Below are positions 15,636 through 32,146 of a DNA stretch of 64,000 bases, in pieces. Position 1 is the first letter of the stretch. Every line of letters begins with the position of its first letter. A program made the translations under genes and the position numbers. Source of the DNA: the human T2T-CHM13v2.0 reference genome, Homo sapiens; NCBI RefSeq assembly GCF_009914755.1, contig NC_060929.1. One strand, 5' to 3'. The notes below the pieces were generated by a model, which saw nothing but the letters and a program-made list of their open reading frames with translations, did not search any database and had not been told where the DNA came from.

Positions 15636-16140
15636 GAGAGTAGCCAGAATAAAGGACCCCCAAAGCTGTCTGGTCTGTGTCTTAATCCCCCGAATCTGTG
15701 ATTATGTTAGGATACATGGCAAATAAGCATTAAGCTTGCAGATGGTATTAAGATCTCTAATTAAGATGACCTTTAAGACCGGGAGATTATGCTAGATCAG
15801 CCCGATGAGCCCCGTGTAATCACAAGACCATTCACGTGGCCAAGGAAAGTGGAAGAGTCAGTGTCAGAGTGATGTGATATAAAAAAGATGTGACTGGCCA
15901 TCGATGGCTTTGAAGATGGGAAGAGGCAACGAGCCAAGAAATGTGGGCAGCCTCTAGGAAGGCTGGGAAAGGGAGGAAAACAGATTCTCCTCTAGAGCCT
16001 CCAGAAAGGACATCTGAATTTTAGCTTAGTGAGAGCCATGTTGGACTTCTGACTTGCAGAACTGCAAGATAATAAATTTGTGTGATTTTAAGCCACCAAG
16101 TTTGTGGCAATTCGTTACAGCATCCACAAAAAAGTAACAT
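15636..16140 (+). mobile_element. MaLR solo LTR, MLT1D-like
   Basis: GGCTTTGAAGATGG...GAGCCAAGAAATGTGGGCAGCCTCTAG...AATAAATTTGTGTGATTTTAAGCCACCAAG. Confidence 0.85.
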
Positions 16141-16203
16141 ATCTTCTAACTCAGGCTATGCCTACAGAATACTAACAAAAAGCCACTTAAAAATAACAAT
16201 GTC

Positions 16204-17314
<1,111 letters not shown>

Positions 17315-17722
17315 ACTGGGCAAGGCCATCTTTTGACAAAATATAAAAAAACAGGGACAGGGAAAAACAACAAATTTCATTGTGAAGTAGAGTCAATTAA
17401 ATAATGAGACGCATAATAGATAAGCAGCTATTAGCGCTAGTTTAAAATACTTGCAACATCACTGAGGGATTCCTGAAAAGTCACTTAAGGTCTCTGGGTC
17501 TCAGTTTTCTCATCCCGGATACAGCAATAAAAATCTGCCCTGCCTCAAACTTGTTCTCTGTCCCAGCTTTTGCCAGTTTTCAGGTTTTTAGAAAAAACAG
17601 AAAGACACTAAACATGTTTATTTGTTTGCATGTGCATGTCTAGAGAATGTGAGTTACGCTATTTTTTATAAATGAATTTTTCCAAATTGACTAGTTAAAT
17701 ATAAATGCATAGTTTCTTTTTG

Positions 17723-17800
17723 TTAGGTTGCCCATCGAAATTGCCATTTTTTAGCTTAAATATGGCCAAATGACGGCAATTTCATGTAGTTGAATTTAAT
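17723..17800. mobile_element. MADE2-like mariner MITE
   Basis: TTAGGTTG...GAAATTGCC / GGCAATTTCA...TAA terminal inverted repeats, about 80 bp. Confidence 0.7.
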
Positions 17801-17949
17801 ATATTACATTAAAATAACATGTTGGCTCCTTTTGTATAACCAAGAAATGACTTAGGAGACTGTTTCTGATTACTGTAAATCTTCACTGTAATTCTCTATC
17901 ATGATGTCTTGTTTATTATCTTCCCGTATTTTGCAATTTGTAATTTATC

Positions 17950-18090
17950 TGTTTGTTTGCTTCTTTAAAGTCTATTTCCAGAAGATTATAAGCTTCATGG
18001 GGGTAGATGCTTTACTTCATTCATCACTGCATCTCCAACGCCTAGCACAGAGTCCTGAATTACAGGCTCAATAACTATTTACTGAATGTG
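17950..18090 (+). mobile_element. L2 3' end
   Basis: TTCATCACTGCATCTCCAACGCCTAGCACAG...GCTCAATAAC. Confidence 0.75.
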
Positions 18091-20690
18091 AAAACAGAGC
18101 TGCTTGAAGATATATGAGGCTAATTGAGGTGACAATATCACATAACTTTTATCTGAGATTGCAAATAAATTGTTATACATATTCCAGATAATATTTTTCA
18201 CCTGTTTTACTTCAATTTTTATAAAATCCAGAATTCCTTTCAATGCCAACCAAAACCACTACGCCATTTGTGTACTACGAAAAAGCAGTGCCTACACTGT
18301 TGTAAATGCTTTTCCATGAATTACTTTGGATAGCTAAAGACTGTGACTTTGAAGCTCGTAGTGATTCATTATTATTGTGAATTGCACAGGTGAGAAGGGA
18401 CATAGAGGTTGCTGAACCTCTCTTTACCCAAACCCTCCTAGACTGGTGCAAATTTGTTCAATTTCTAACATCTTCCTAGAAGAACGTTTCACACTCAGCT
18501 TTTGGAACCACTTCCAATGTATACCATATGTCAGCGTTGTTGGGATTTTCTTCCTTTTAATTTAAATGCTTGTACTTAGGTCTGTTTCTTCTTGTTGTTA
18601 AGTGAAAATAGTAAAAGACTGTCATCTTTTGGGTGGTGAAAATTCATCAAAGCCAAGAAAACCATCTTTTAATAATCACCAGTTCTCATTGTTCTATGTT
18701 CATGTGGTTTTGAGATGTTTTAGACCCATCTCCAAAAATACCTGCACCCCAGGCAAAACTGGTAGCAAAACAGCAACCCGGACGTTGGTGTGCATGTTAA
18801 AACGTTGTTCTGACTCACAGAATTGGAATGTAATTTACTACTGGGGATAAACTCTGTGAAAACACCTCCATGATCAAAATAAAAGATGAAAAAGAAGAGC
18901 ATCCTTGGGCCCCAGGGAGAGAACCAGATCTGATGGTGTCTGGTGCAGCTTGCAAATGTGAACATTTCTTAAGGCCACTACAGGACAGGAATATAGGAGC
19001 CCAGAAATAATTGAACTTGAAAATGTTCCTGCCCATTTGGCTGAAATCAATGGTGAAAACCCCTATGATATTGAATATGTTTTTAAATTTATATTAAATA
19101 CCTCCGTTTTTTGGAAATTCATTTTGCTTTTCTTTTTACTTAGCTTGTGCATTTGTTGGCTATTGCTGCTACAGTGGATGCTGTTGTTCAGTATTCAGAT
19201 ATCAAGAAACAACTAGCCAAAGTAAGGAGGAACGAGGGGCCCATGAAGCTCAGTAGAGCTTGTGATAATATTTGCAAGAGAAGACTACCTGCCAAACTAA
19301 CTTCAGAAAAGGTGATGATGATGTTCCCTACTATCAAATACAATGTCATGGAAATAGAGTGTTAGGTACAAAGATAAAATCAGAAACACACAAGTCCCCT
19401 GGGAGATGCAGCAGCAACAGGAGTGGTGTGTGGGGCAGCCCTAGTAATGTGAAGGAGGACGGATAAGATTGAATTTGCTCATGAAGAGGCAGTTTCTTGT
19501 TGCATCTTTCTCAAAGCACTTCTTTTTATCTTCTGTGACACTATGTTTTCCTAGGTAGTAGGTCTTCCTACCTGCTCTGTTTTAATCTCTGGGTAATCTT
19601 CAACCTTGAGTCTCCTAATGGAGAGCCTTCCCTAAGACTCCTTTCTCACTCCCCTCCTATGACCTGTTTAGCAAGCAAACCCTTCTCTATTCTCTGGCTA
19701 TGATCTCAACTCTGGACCTTGTATTTCCAAATGCCATTGATAATTTTTCATAGGCATATGCATTGTAATGCACTGTAAAGTTGAATGGAATTCATAGGAA
19801 TGAGACACTTCCCTCATCAACCAGAGAAGAACAAACAGAATATATTGGTAACTATATATGCCTCAGGACACATGTTCATGTATCCTTTATAGAATCTAAA
19901 TATAAGCACAGTATTCTGTCTACATGGAATCCTCAATGCAAGTTATTGACTGACTGACATAAATCTGAGTAAAGCATTCATATAAATCTGAGTAAAACTT
20001 TATGTAATAGATTATAGGGGATTTTTTAAAATGAGCTATGTAGGGTCATTAGTGTTGGGCTGATAAGTGACAAAGAGAAATTAGCATTCCTTGGCTCCCA
20101 TTTTGTGCCTATCTTCTCAGAGTTTGTCTTGACCCCAGGGCAAGAAAGCTGTGCCTCATATTTCTGCACCAGTCAGTCACTTGTTGAGAGTTGCCTGGGG
20201 ACTTTCAGGTCTGTCCTTGTGTGGGCTGAGGCCCAGGAGCACTTTGGTAGCCCTCCAAGAAAATTGGTGTGAGCTTTGGAAGCAAGAGCACACAGAAGCC
20301 AGGGGAGGGTCACACAGCAATAGCAGGCAGAACACTGGCAGTCTCCTCTACACCAAGAAAAAATTTAATATCTCATGAAGCATAGTATTAATATAAATGT
20401 AATTCTGTCTTCTTGGAAATTCCAGTAACATGGAATGTTAAATGGATGCTTCCAGAGAGACATCATCAACTATTCGAGATTTAACTCTCACCACTGCTTC
20501 TTAAAATGCACCAGGTGGACCCCTCTCCCAAGCTGTGTAGCTTGAACACTTCACTTGGTGACAAGGCTGGCATTAGGATGACATGCTGAGGGCAGCTGGG
20601 GCAAAGGACATGACACTTGATGGCTATCTGACAAGCTGAGGCCAGGAGAGTTATACTGTCCCTTCCTGCATACAGAACTCTGAATTTTAA

Positions 20691-22033
20691 TGAGGACTAA
20701 GTTCTGATTTTTTTTATCTTGCCCAAATTCCTAGCTAAGGGGTCTGGGAAGTCATGCCCTACAAACCATAAATTCTCATTAGGTGGGTTTTATTTAACCT
20801 GATATATCATGACTTACTTTCCTACCTGACTCTGGCATAATGAAGTGACATTGTTGTCTGGGGTTGAATACCTGGGGTTTGTTGTCTCATGCCAAGAAAA
20901 TTAAGGACATGGACACACACACAGAGTGGGTTAAGGAGCAGAGTTTAATAGGCAGAAGAAAGGAGACAGCAGAGCAGCTCTCTCTCTTGAGAGAGAGGTT
21001 TCTGACAAAAAAGGGAAAAGTGGCCAACACAGCAGATTTTATAGGCAGGCTTGAGGAGGTGGTGTCTGATTTACATAGGGTCCACAGATTGGTTTGGCCA
21101 GGTGTGCCATTTACATGCTGCACGGGGAAGGCTGGTCATCCCACCCTAATCATATTATGCAAAAGGCCCCTTGGCCAGTGCCATCTTGTCTGCTCCTTAC
21201 TATACACCTGGCTGGCAGAGAAGGGAAGATGGAACTGCCATTTTGAACATGATTGGCACAACTACCGGCATCTAGTTCTGCAGCTCAATTTTACAGGCTG
21301 CCCTTTGTTAGAAAGGAAAATGATTTGGGGCTGCTTTTCATTAAAAGGAAAACCTTACTGAGGACTTCTGTACCCTCGTTATCTGCCTAAGTAATTTCTA
21401 ACTCCTGTATCAATAACATTACAAGGAAGAAAATAAAAATATTTTACTCCAAAACATATTTCTTTGCCATATCTTGAAATGGCCCTGCAAAGCTGCCCTT
21501 TGTGGGGGAAAATTTGCATCTGTAAAGAATCCCTATTAACATAGCTAGATCTTTTTCTTTCAGGCCCTCCCAATCCTAAAGAGATTAACTGAAAGTCTAG
21601 CACCTTTTAAAGACCTGAATAGGAAACATCTGTCATCTATTGTCTCTAACGGCAGCCACTATAAGACCTCAAAAAAACCTTGTGTCCACAATCTTCTTAA
21701 CCTGAATATTTCCTTTCTACGGATCCCAGGTTTTTAGACAAACTCCATCAATTGTCAGAAAAGGTTTAAATTTACCTATAGCCTGGAAGCCCCCCTCCCA
21801 CCCCCTACACCCTTTGAGTTGTCTTGCTTTTCTGGACCAAACTAATGTATTTCTTAAATGTATTTGATTGATGTCTCTTGCCTCTCCAAAATGCATAAAA
21901 CCAAGCTGCACCCCGACCACCTTGGGCACAAGTTCTCAGGACCTTCTGAAGGCTGTGTCACGGGCCATAGTCACTCTTTGGCTCAGAATAAATCTCTTCA
22001 AATGTTTTGCAGGGTTTGACTCTTTTGTTGACA
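20691..22033 (+). mobile_element. ERV1 solo LTR, MER4-family (MER4E-like), containing a nested LTR
   Basis: TGAGGACTAAGTTCTGATTTT start; CAGAATAAATCTCTTCAAA...GTTGACA end. Confidence 0.8.
20841..21412 (-). mobile_element. ERV1 solo LTR (LTR9-like) nested in the MER4 LTR
   Basis: TG...CA termini with 4-bp TSD ATAA (20837-20840, 21413-21416). Confidence 0.8.
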
Positions 22034-23201
22034 CTAGTGGCTTTGGCTTTGTGACACTACAAGAGGCTTGAGAGACTGCAAGAGATGCTAGAGAAATTCT
22101 TTTAAAAAAAGGGAACTACTTTTAAGAAGAGGTATGACTGAGAAGAAGGGAAATAAAACTTTTTTTATTCTAAAACAAAACCTAAACATATCAATAGTAT
22201 TGCCCTTCAAAATAGCACCCTCATTCCAGCAACCCGTATTCCAGCAGAAGAGCAGCCATCACTCAACTGCCCCCCAGGGACTGCTATGAGCCAGCTAAGA
22301 CAATCAACATTTTTAGTTTAATGTTACACCTTGATTCAGTCTCAGAAATGTGAAATAAAATGTGATAAGCTGTTTTACTTATTAGATATCACTCCAAATG
22401 ATTTCAGTTATTTACAATTTTTTAAAAATCACCTTCATGATTAAAAAATTTGGTGAAAAATGTCCTCCACTGAAGACATCATTCAGATCCAGAAGGCATT
22501 AAGCAGAAGTACCATCATCTAGATATTAAAGGCCCCAAAGTACTAAATTAGAATTACTAAGCTATTTCATGTAAATATGGATTTTTTTTCTTTTTTTGCC
22601 CAAATTATCCAGGCAATTTACTGGTTTTCTTCTGTAGCACATAGTGTGTTATAGCTCTGTCATGGTTAGTGCATCTTACCAGGTATGCAGTTTTTTCTGC
22701 ATTGTAGTTTAAAAAGTAATCACATAAATTATATAGCAAAAAGGCTCACATCTGCTAGGAGCATGACAGAAGCACAAACTTAAATTGGAGTTCCTGTCAA
22801 AGTCTATGCTGTCGTGTTCATGGACATAACATTGATCCTGGATTCCTGTGGCCACTAACTAAGGCTGGGAGCAGAAGAATTAAAGGTCAAATGCACTCTT
22901 TGCATTCATGACCATTGAACAGTAAAATCCATTGTGAGTTGAAGGTTTCCTCTGTGTGGTAATTAATACCATTTCATGGTATTTGCCAGTTACACAAGAA
23001 TGCACAAAGTTGTAAAAATGTTAAAAATAGTTAAACCTGGATGGCTTCTGTCACTTTGTCTCATAAAAGAGAAGGAATAGAAACAAAAGAGGCAAAATTC
23101 CTTGTGGTTGTGTGAGGAGAATTCCATTCACAGAAGGACCTGCTCAGGTGAGCAGACAAAGGACACGGAGAGCTGGAAGTCGTTTAATTCCATTTTTGCT
23201 G

Positions 23202-23503
23202 CAGGTAGAGCATGCTTTATCTGAAATGCTTGGGATCAGAAATATTTCAGATTTTGGATTTTTCTTGAATTTTGGAATACTTGAATATATATACTTGGGA
23301 ATGGGACCCAAATCTAAACACAAAATTCATGTATGCTTCATATACACCCTATACATATAGCCTAAAGGTGATTTTATGTAATATTTTAAATAATTTTGTG
23401 TATGAAACAAAGTTTGAGCACACTGACCCATTGGAAAGCAAAGGCGTCACTACCTCGGCATTTTGGATTTCAAATGTTTGGATTAGAAATGTTAATGTAC
23501 CTG
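23202..23503. mobile_element. Tigger4/MER46-like DNA transposon
   Basis: CAGGTAGAGCAT...ATCTGAAATGCTTGGGA and TTTGGATTAG...ACCTG inverted ends. Confidence 0.8.
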
Positions 23504-25247
23504 CTTCTTGAGAGTTCATCACAGCTTGGGGAACAGAAAAAACTCATTTGACTGAAGGAAAAATAACTCCGATATGGTAGCACAAAACATTTCAGAATCA
23601 TAGAGGTAAAAGAGTCTCGGAGAGAGAATCTGTTACCTTCCTCTGACTTCAAGAACAGCCATTCTAATGAGGCAGTTATGTTTTATATGAAAATATCTAC
23701 TCTAAGGCAGAGAATGCTAAAACTTATTGGGTAATGCATTTCAATCCCTAAAAATTAAGATATGTACTAATGCTCCAGGTTCTATTAACACCCATTTTTT
23801 CTTCATTACTAATGGAATTGATAATCAGTTAATCATTGTCATATGAATAATTCTACTCAAAAAAGGACATTCTTAAGTCATTCTTCAGCTTTAAAAAAAT
23901 CTCCAGGCTTACTAAGCCTGGAGATAAATATAGGTGTAATTTTCTTACCATTTAAACAATCTTTTTGATTTTTTTCCAAGATTCACTCGTCTTAAAATAA
24001 ATCTGGTTTTAGCTAATACGCTTCAAATTGTTGTTAATAAATGGAGAATTGACACTACTTATCCTTCCTCATCTTCTGGTAGCATTTTCTAGAAAGCTGG
24101 CCAATTTTTAGAAAGAGTGTTGTATCCACAAGCCAATGAGAAAATAATTAGCCAAAACGAGGACTAAATTCACAATTATGTCTTTCTTTGTACCGTGCCT
24201 AATAAAATAAAATAGCATATGTGAGGCAAGAAGGCTTTAAGGAGGAAAGAAGAGGAAAGGGGGTTACAGAGTTTGTGGAAAAATCTAAATATTTAGGAAA
24301 TAGACATTATACTCTTATTCTTACCAGTGGGGCTGGGGTTCTGAAAAGTTAATGGGAAATATCAGTGTTTCTGTGCTAATGAGAGTGCTCATCAGAGAAA
24401 GGATAATACAAGAAACGAAACAACTGAGCAGGTGAGAGGGTATGGGATCCAGGTAGAGGGGGACTAGATTTTGGTAAAGCAATGATAGTAAATTCAACGT
24501 GGCTGAAGAATTGCAGTTTGGGAACTGAATGCAGGTATGAATTGTTAGATATGATGGTGGAAAGCTGATGGTGACTGCTTCTGTGATGTCTGTAAATGTT
24601 ACAAATGAGAATAATAGGAAAGGTGAGGGAGTAGGAAATTTTGGGGGGTAGAAAAAAAGATGTGAACTAGTAACTTAGGAAAACAGAAAGGTGAATAAAC
24701 TAGGCATGTGTGGTAGGATTGCCCATTTGAGGTTAGTGGTCTGGATATAATGTGAGATCAGTCAGCACAGTTCTTGGGTGGCCAGGGCAGTCTCAATTTT
24801 AGTTGTTGATTTTTTTTGTATTACCATTTGAGAGATACTTCTCTTTGCCCATTGGCTGTTTGGATAACCTCTTGACTTGCTAAAAGTGTGGAGGGAATGT
24901 CCAAGCCCACTGCTGTCTGGAATCACAACCTTGGACTGTGTCACAGCTGATAAGAGATAATGAAACAGAAGGAGGTGCCTAGGGAAGAGAGAAGCAGTTT
25001 TTCTCTGAGCTGGAGTATACTCCCTACAAGTTGAAGATAAGAGAGCTTCAGGGAGGCCAGCTTATAGGTCAAGACGCAGGAAGGAAGGGCCTTAGGATGA
25101 ATAGCCAGCACCATCTTATCCTAGACAGCAAGGCTCCATCCTATTGTTGATTCTGGGAGTAAAATGGTTTCCCTGATTACTAAAGCCTGTTTATTCATTC
25201 AGGCCACAGAAGCAAGTATGTTCACACCATGGCAAGCATACAACAAG

Positions 25248-26478
<1,231 letters not shown>

Positions 26479-26499
26479 CTTTTCTTAACACTTTCTGTG

Positions 26500-27320
26500 T
26501 CATCACATTGTCTCAGACCTTTGTTTCCATCTAGCTGTGTTATTTCTGCTCTTTCTCCCCAGTGGCTGCTTGTTTTCTTCCACATCCAGCCCTCTAAGTG
26601 TGGTCTTCTCTGAGGCCCATCCTTGGTTTTCTCTTATGATCAGTTTATACGCCCACTCTTAGAAAGGTGAATCATTCTTTTGGTTCTAGTGCTCTCCTTG
26701 TCTCTCACTTTGTGTTTCCATAGAGATAAACATCAGAACTTCAATGTGTCTAAAATCAAAACATTTGCTGTCTCTTCTCCTGGGTTTACTACATGGGATC
26801 ACGAAGTTACCATTCTCACCATCTTATAAGCTGGAAACCTTGCAATGTCATTACTTTATACTTTTCCTTCTCCATTACTTCCAATCTACCTCCACATCCT
26901 CTCCATTCTACTTACATAATGTCATTTTTTTATCCATGCTTTCTTCTCCATCCACTCTGCCATTTTCTTCAGGAACTACAGCTACTCTCTCAAGGATTAC
27001 TTTGTAGCATCCTAAGCTGTCTCTCCAGCACTACTGTCTCTCTGCTCAAAGCCTGTACACCACTGTGCTATCATCTATGGTGTGCTAATACCATGGTGTT
27101 CTAATTGATCCTGCCCAATAAAGTCCAAAGTACTTAACGTGGCCCTCGTGGCCTTCAATGATGTCTCTAGTCTTTCCAGCCTTATTTTCCGTAATACATG
27201 TATCCTCACCACATCAGTGGCACAATAAAACTCTCCCCAAGTATGCCCTATTCCCTTTCCTCCGTATCTCCTCTCACGTCATTTCTTCAATAATCACTTT
27301 CTTCTTTTCTCATAATCCAT
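26500..27320 (+). mobile_element. Degenerate L2
   Basis: Pyrimidine-rich with TCAATGTGTCTAAAATCAAA and AATAAAGTCCAAA motifs. Confidence 0.55.
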
Positions 27321-27924
27321 CCCCAATTAAACATTCCAGCCTCCTCAGTTTAACTGTAGCTGGCATGACAACATTGTTTCTACATATATTTATAATAAAA
27401 ACATATAAAATGTATAAAACATAAAAAAGTAATTGGCTTAAAATGTTATGTATTTAATTACATAGACACACATATATAAAGTTTTCAAGCCAATTATGTT
27501 TTAGTTTTCCATTATAAAAGATATGCCAGCACACTGAAGAAAATCTGGGAGATGCAGATAGGAAAGAGAAAGATATAGCTCATGGAATGATCAACATAAC
27601 ACAACCACAATGAGGACACTAGTACATTTCCTTCTTTAGGTGTTTCTGGTTGAAATCGTCGTGCCCAACATTCCACCAGGTTCCTCACATGTTGAATACA
27701 TCAAAGCCTACTCCACCCATCTGGTGAGTCTTGATTTTAACTCTTAGAGAACTCAAAGTTGTACTCTTCTATTGCTGCTCTGATACTATTTTTATAAAAG
27801 GACTACATTATTTTTGTTCAAAGCAACCAAATTAAATCCATAGAATCCACAAAAGATAAATTTAACCAACAGCTCAAAGGCTTGACTTTCTCACCTTTTC
27901 CCAAGAAGGCATTTTTGACAATTT

Positions 27925-28309
27925 TATCAGTTATCTAGGACTGCCATAACAACATACCACAGGCCGGGTGGCTTAAACAACAGAAATTTATTTCTCACAG
28001 TTCTAGAAGCTGGAAGGCCAAGATCAAGCTGTCAGCTGGGTAGGAATTTCTCCTGAGGCCTCTCTCTTCAGCTTGCAGATGGTTCCCTGGTCACTGTGCC
28101 CTCACATGGTCTTTTCTCTGTGCATGTGTGCCTCTCTGCTGTCTCTCTTCTTTCTTACAAGGACGTCAGTCATACTGGACTAGGGTCCCATCCTTATGAA
28201 CTCATTTAACTTTAATTACCTCCCGAAAGGTCTTATCTCCAAGTACAGTCATATTGGGTGTTAAAGCTTCAACATATGAATTTCAGGGGGACGCAATTCA
28301 GTCCACAAC
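27925..28309 (-). mobile_element. MaLR solo LTR, MLT1A/B-like
   Basis: GGTGGCTTAAACAACAGAAATTTATTTCTCACAGTTCT...CAACATATGAATTT. Confidence 0.85.
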
Positions 28310-31124
28310 TGTGATGGAAACTTCTATGGTCCCTTCAACATAGGACAAATGTACTAATAGGGATCTCATTTTTTCCCCTTTGCTTTGCTAATAATATGCA
28401 ATTTGGAATAAGAAAATGTAAAGTGCCACCATAGATTTACATTAGCATCAAATTGGAAAGTTCACTTCTGAATCATTTCACATGGCTGAACATTCACATT
28501 GAAATTTTGCCTCAGGTGTAATTGTAAAAACTGCCCCCCATCACTTTCTACTAAAGGGGAATCAAAGAATACCAGTTTCATTAACTGAATTTGGTTACAA
28601 ATCACACTGATACCAAAGGGAGGATAAGTGTTAGGTCTAGCGATGAGGCAGCTGCTGTCACAGCTTTTCCCATTGAGTTTCCAGTCCATCCAGAAGAGCA
28701 GTATCTCCCTTCCAAGAGATAAGTTTATGTTGGATTTGGCACAGAAGGCAAATTCTGATCTGATATATGTAAGACGTTGACATTTCCAAAAGAAAGTCAC
28801 AATGTGTTCTCTCCCAGGGTCACCAATAAGTTCTGAATATGAAACACAACAGGGCATCTGTTCACCTCTCCCCCAACTTCTAGAAAGTAAAGTAAGTTGC
28901 TCTACACAAGAGGCTTAGTGGATGTGCTTCATCATCACAAACAGAGGTGTCGATTATGGAAATTATGGAGAAACAAAGCCATGTGCTGCTTGTCACTGGG
29001 AGGGGTAAAATAACCAAGAATCCAGAAAACAAAGGCTCTCAAAGGCAAGCCAGAAAACAAATCAAACACCAAGTGATCACACTGAAAAGAATAAATGTTA
29101 CAGTATAGCATTTGATTCTTGTACTTGTCAGTTGGCTTTGTGGATGCCCTCAAATTGGAAGCTTGATGTTGGAAGAGCCCCACAGGGATGAAATCAGAAA
29201 GGAACAAATAAGGGCTGGAGAAGTGATCAACTGTTTATCACAGGCCAGTCCCCAGCACTTAGAAAAGGTCTATATGTCAGAGGCCCTGATATAGTTTGTG
29301 GCATTATGGGATTTGCTTTGGGAATCTAATAAAGGTGCTTACAATAAAGGCAGTCAAACCGATGCACTTATAATTGCTATGGGGTAAGGACAGGATACAT
29401 TATTTAACTTGCTAGAGGTCTTCAAACTTCATTTCACAGTTATTTTGGTGCTCTTTTCTTCAAAAATCTTCTATGAATACAAAAAACACAAATGTGTTGA
29501 ATGATGCAAATTCCATCTCCATTGTTTCATGCCAGCTCTCTTAGCGAGGTGCTAATGAGCAATAAAATGGTCCCTAAACAGGCTTTTGGAAAGAGAAGGA
29601 AGAAAATCCAGGAACCAGGACAACCCAAAGCTGGATCATCACTCAGAATGAGCTATAAATTATCTTAACTGTCTTCTACAATGCTGCCTGAAATATTAGG
29701 TTTCTCAATCCAATTGTCACATGGCATCAAAATTACACCATTACCACTAGGCATTTCTCAGCAGAGAGTTTTCTAGGCAACAATGCTTCTTTTCTTCCTC
29801 TTTCTCTTCATAAACAGAAAAACATGGAATCCATATTTTCCCAGAAGATAAACATGTGATTCACTTACCACGGGACTGTCTGTAAAATAACTCTGGCTCA
29901 GGGTGTGGACATCATCTCACCCATTGTCATCACAATATTCTTTAAGTAACCACTTTCTGGGATAGAACTGCCCCAACAAGGTAGCAGCCAGGTCACATGG
30001 TGGTTTTAGTTTACTCTCTCAAACATGCAATTCCAATTACAAAAAAATAAATGACTCTTAATGATGGGTTCAATAATAGTGGGTGTGGAAGCACTTACAG
30101 TTCTAGGACTAAGCCAGGTTTTGTACCGAAAATTAAATCACTGAAATGATATTTTCTTTTAAATAGGAATGGACAAGCAGAAATGACTCACTGTGTTTTC
30201 CAATTGCACTCAAGACCTGTCTCCATATGCCCTCCTCCTCTGCTTGAGCAGAAGGTGAAAGAGGTTGTGTTGACTGTGGAATTTGGTGAGCTTATGAATT
30301 TCTCAATGAGTCAATTTTCTGAAAACCAGTAGCTTATATTTCACAAAGTTTCAGTGTGACATAATTAAACTTATTTACTATTGACTTTCATAGGCCATTG
30401 AATCTTGAAGACAAATGCTCTTTGACTTCACTACAACATCAGAGGGCACTTGGCCAAGGAAGACTAGTTAGAACCAGCCTTTTTGCAAACACAGCTGAGG
30501 TTTTTATCCTGTCTTTTCTTCATCACAAAAGTAGCATGGAGAATAATGGACAATAGAGTTCAAGTGGAGCAAGAACTGTCCAGAATTTGGGGAAGAAGTC
30601 ACATATCAGTCCTGGCCATGATAACTGGGGCACATGTACTATATCCAAGTTGATATCCTTAATTTGGGGAAAGTTTTCTTGCCTTTCCCACAGCCTCCCA
30701 AGCCATTGACAATTCCCACATTCAAAACATTCTCATTCACATTTCTGATTCACTTTGGGCTACAGGAACAACAGATGTTGAGTACTTCTAGGGAGCAAAT
30801 CCATTATAGATGGAGGTAGGTCTTGCAAACAGAGAGGTAGAGAGCTTTCTCGAGACCTTTGGACCAAGCAGATAACATCACAAGGTGTACCTTATGCTAA
30901 GTGCCTGATCTCTAAGACCCTCCACCAGCGTCAGAGAGACAGCATGCTCACAACATGACAGCTGGTCATACAGGTGAAGAAGAACATGAAGACCAGCCCA
31001 CCCCTGAAAATGACAGATCAAACTCAGCTTCACAATGTCTCTTATTCCATCGCTAATGGTGTTTAAAAACACACTTTGTCTTAAGGAACAAGGGGAACTG
31101 ACCACGTGTTCATGACGGTTCATT

Positions 31125-31515
31125 TCTTACCCTCTGCTTTGGCTTGACCAAACTTTAGTCAGGTATCTCTCCTCCACAAAGATTCCTAGACTTTGGCTGT
31201 CCCCCAAGTTTAAGCAAGCACTGAAACACTAAGGAGCAGAACATCTGTTAACAGCTCATCCTGAAAATCAACTGACCATAGGAAAAAACACTCCCTATTG
31301 AGATATCCTGGTTTTGCCACCTGCTCGCCCACACTCTATGCCCTTCTCCTCCACAAAGGTCTGGCTGGTTCTTCTCCCTCCATACAAAGGAAAAGCTTAT
31401 TTCTGTTTGATTTTGAGACATTTGCAGATATCTGAGGTTGGCATGTTCTTCCTATTGCAATAGTCTTTTTGAGTAAAGTCTCTCTTTATCTAAGTCTTAT
31501 TTGTTTTTAATTAAT
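31125..31515 (+). mobile_element. ERV1 solo LTR, MER31/MER67-like
   Basis: CTTGACCAAACTTTAGTCAGG and CCTATTGCAATAGTCTTTTTGAGTAAAGTC. Confidence 0.55.
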
Positions 31516-31519
31516 ATCA

Positions 31520-31875
31520 TGCAACTGGATACTTTATAGAAATAAGAATAAATGAGACACACATATATGCAACAACATGAGTGAATCTCACAAATATAAT
31601 GTGAAGCATAAAAAGCAAGAACTAAATGGCTATATGCTGTATACTTTATATGAAGTTCAAAAGAGGAAAAATGAACATAAATTGTTGAAAGTCAGGATAG
31701 TGGCTCCCTTCAGGGGGGCAATTGCTGGAGGGGGACAAAGAGGGCTCCTAGGGCACTGATAGTATTCTGTTTCTTGATCTGGAATATATTCAATTTGTGA
31801 AGAGTCACCTCATGACAGACTCATAATTTGGAAAACTTTCTATGTGTTCTACTCCAATAAAAAATTAACTTAAAA
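31520..31875 (+). mobile_element. L1ME/MC-type 3' end
   Basis: GCAACAACATGAGTGAATCTCACAAA...TTCTGTTTCTTGATCTGG. Confidence 0.75.
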
Positions 31876-32146
31876 TTGAATCTCTTAGAATTATAATTTA
31901 TTTTTCTCAAACAAACTTGTATGAAGCAAAAAAAAAGGGCCTCAATGCTTTCTAACTAGCAAATGAATGCATATCATTTACATATGTGACTTAGTGATAG
32001 AGTTAGAGAATAAGATAAGTTAGCCCACAGTTAATAATTTAATTATTTAATTTAATTTAATCTCTGGTTTTTGTGTTTCATGGTCACAGGAGTATAAATA
32101 TCTTTGGAACTTTATTTTCTGGTGTGTTCACTATCACTTAAGGAAC

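Noticed and set aside
20864-21361. 165-aa ORF, the longest in the window
   Set aside because: Entirely inside a solo LTR on its antisense strand, non-ATG start, no recognisable domain
28462-28857. 131-aa ATG-initiated minus-strand ORF in unique DNA
   Set aside because: No recognisable homology or domain; length is compatible with chance in six frames; would need BLASTP or PhyloCSF support
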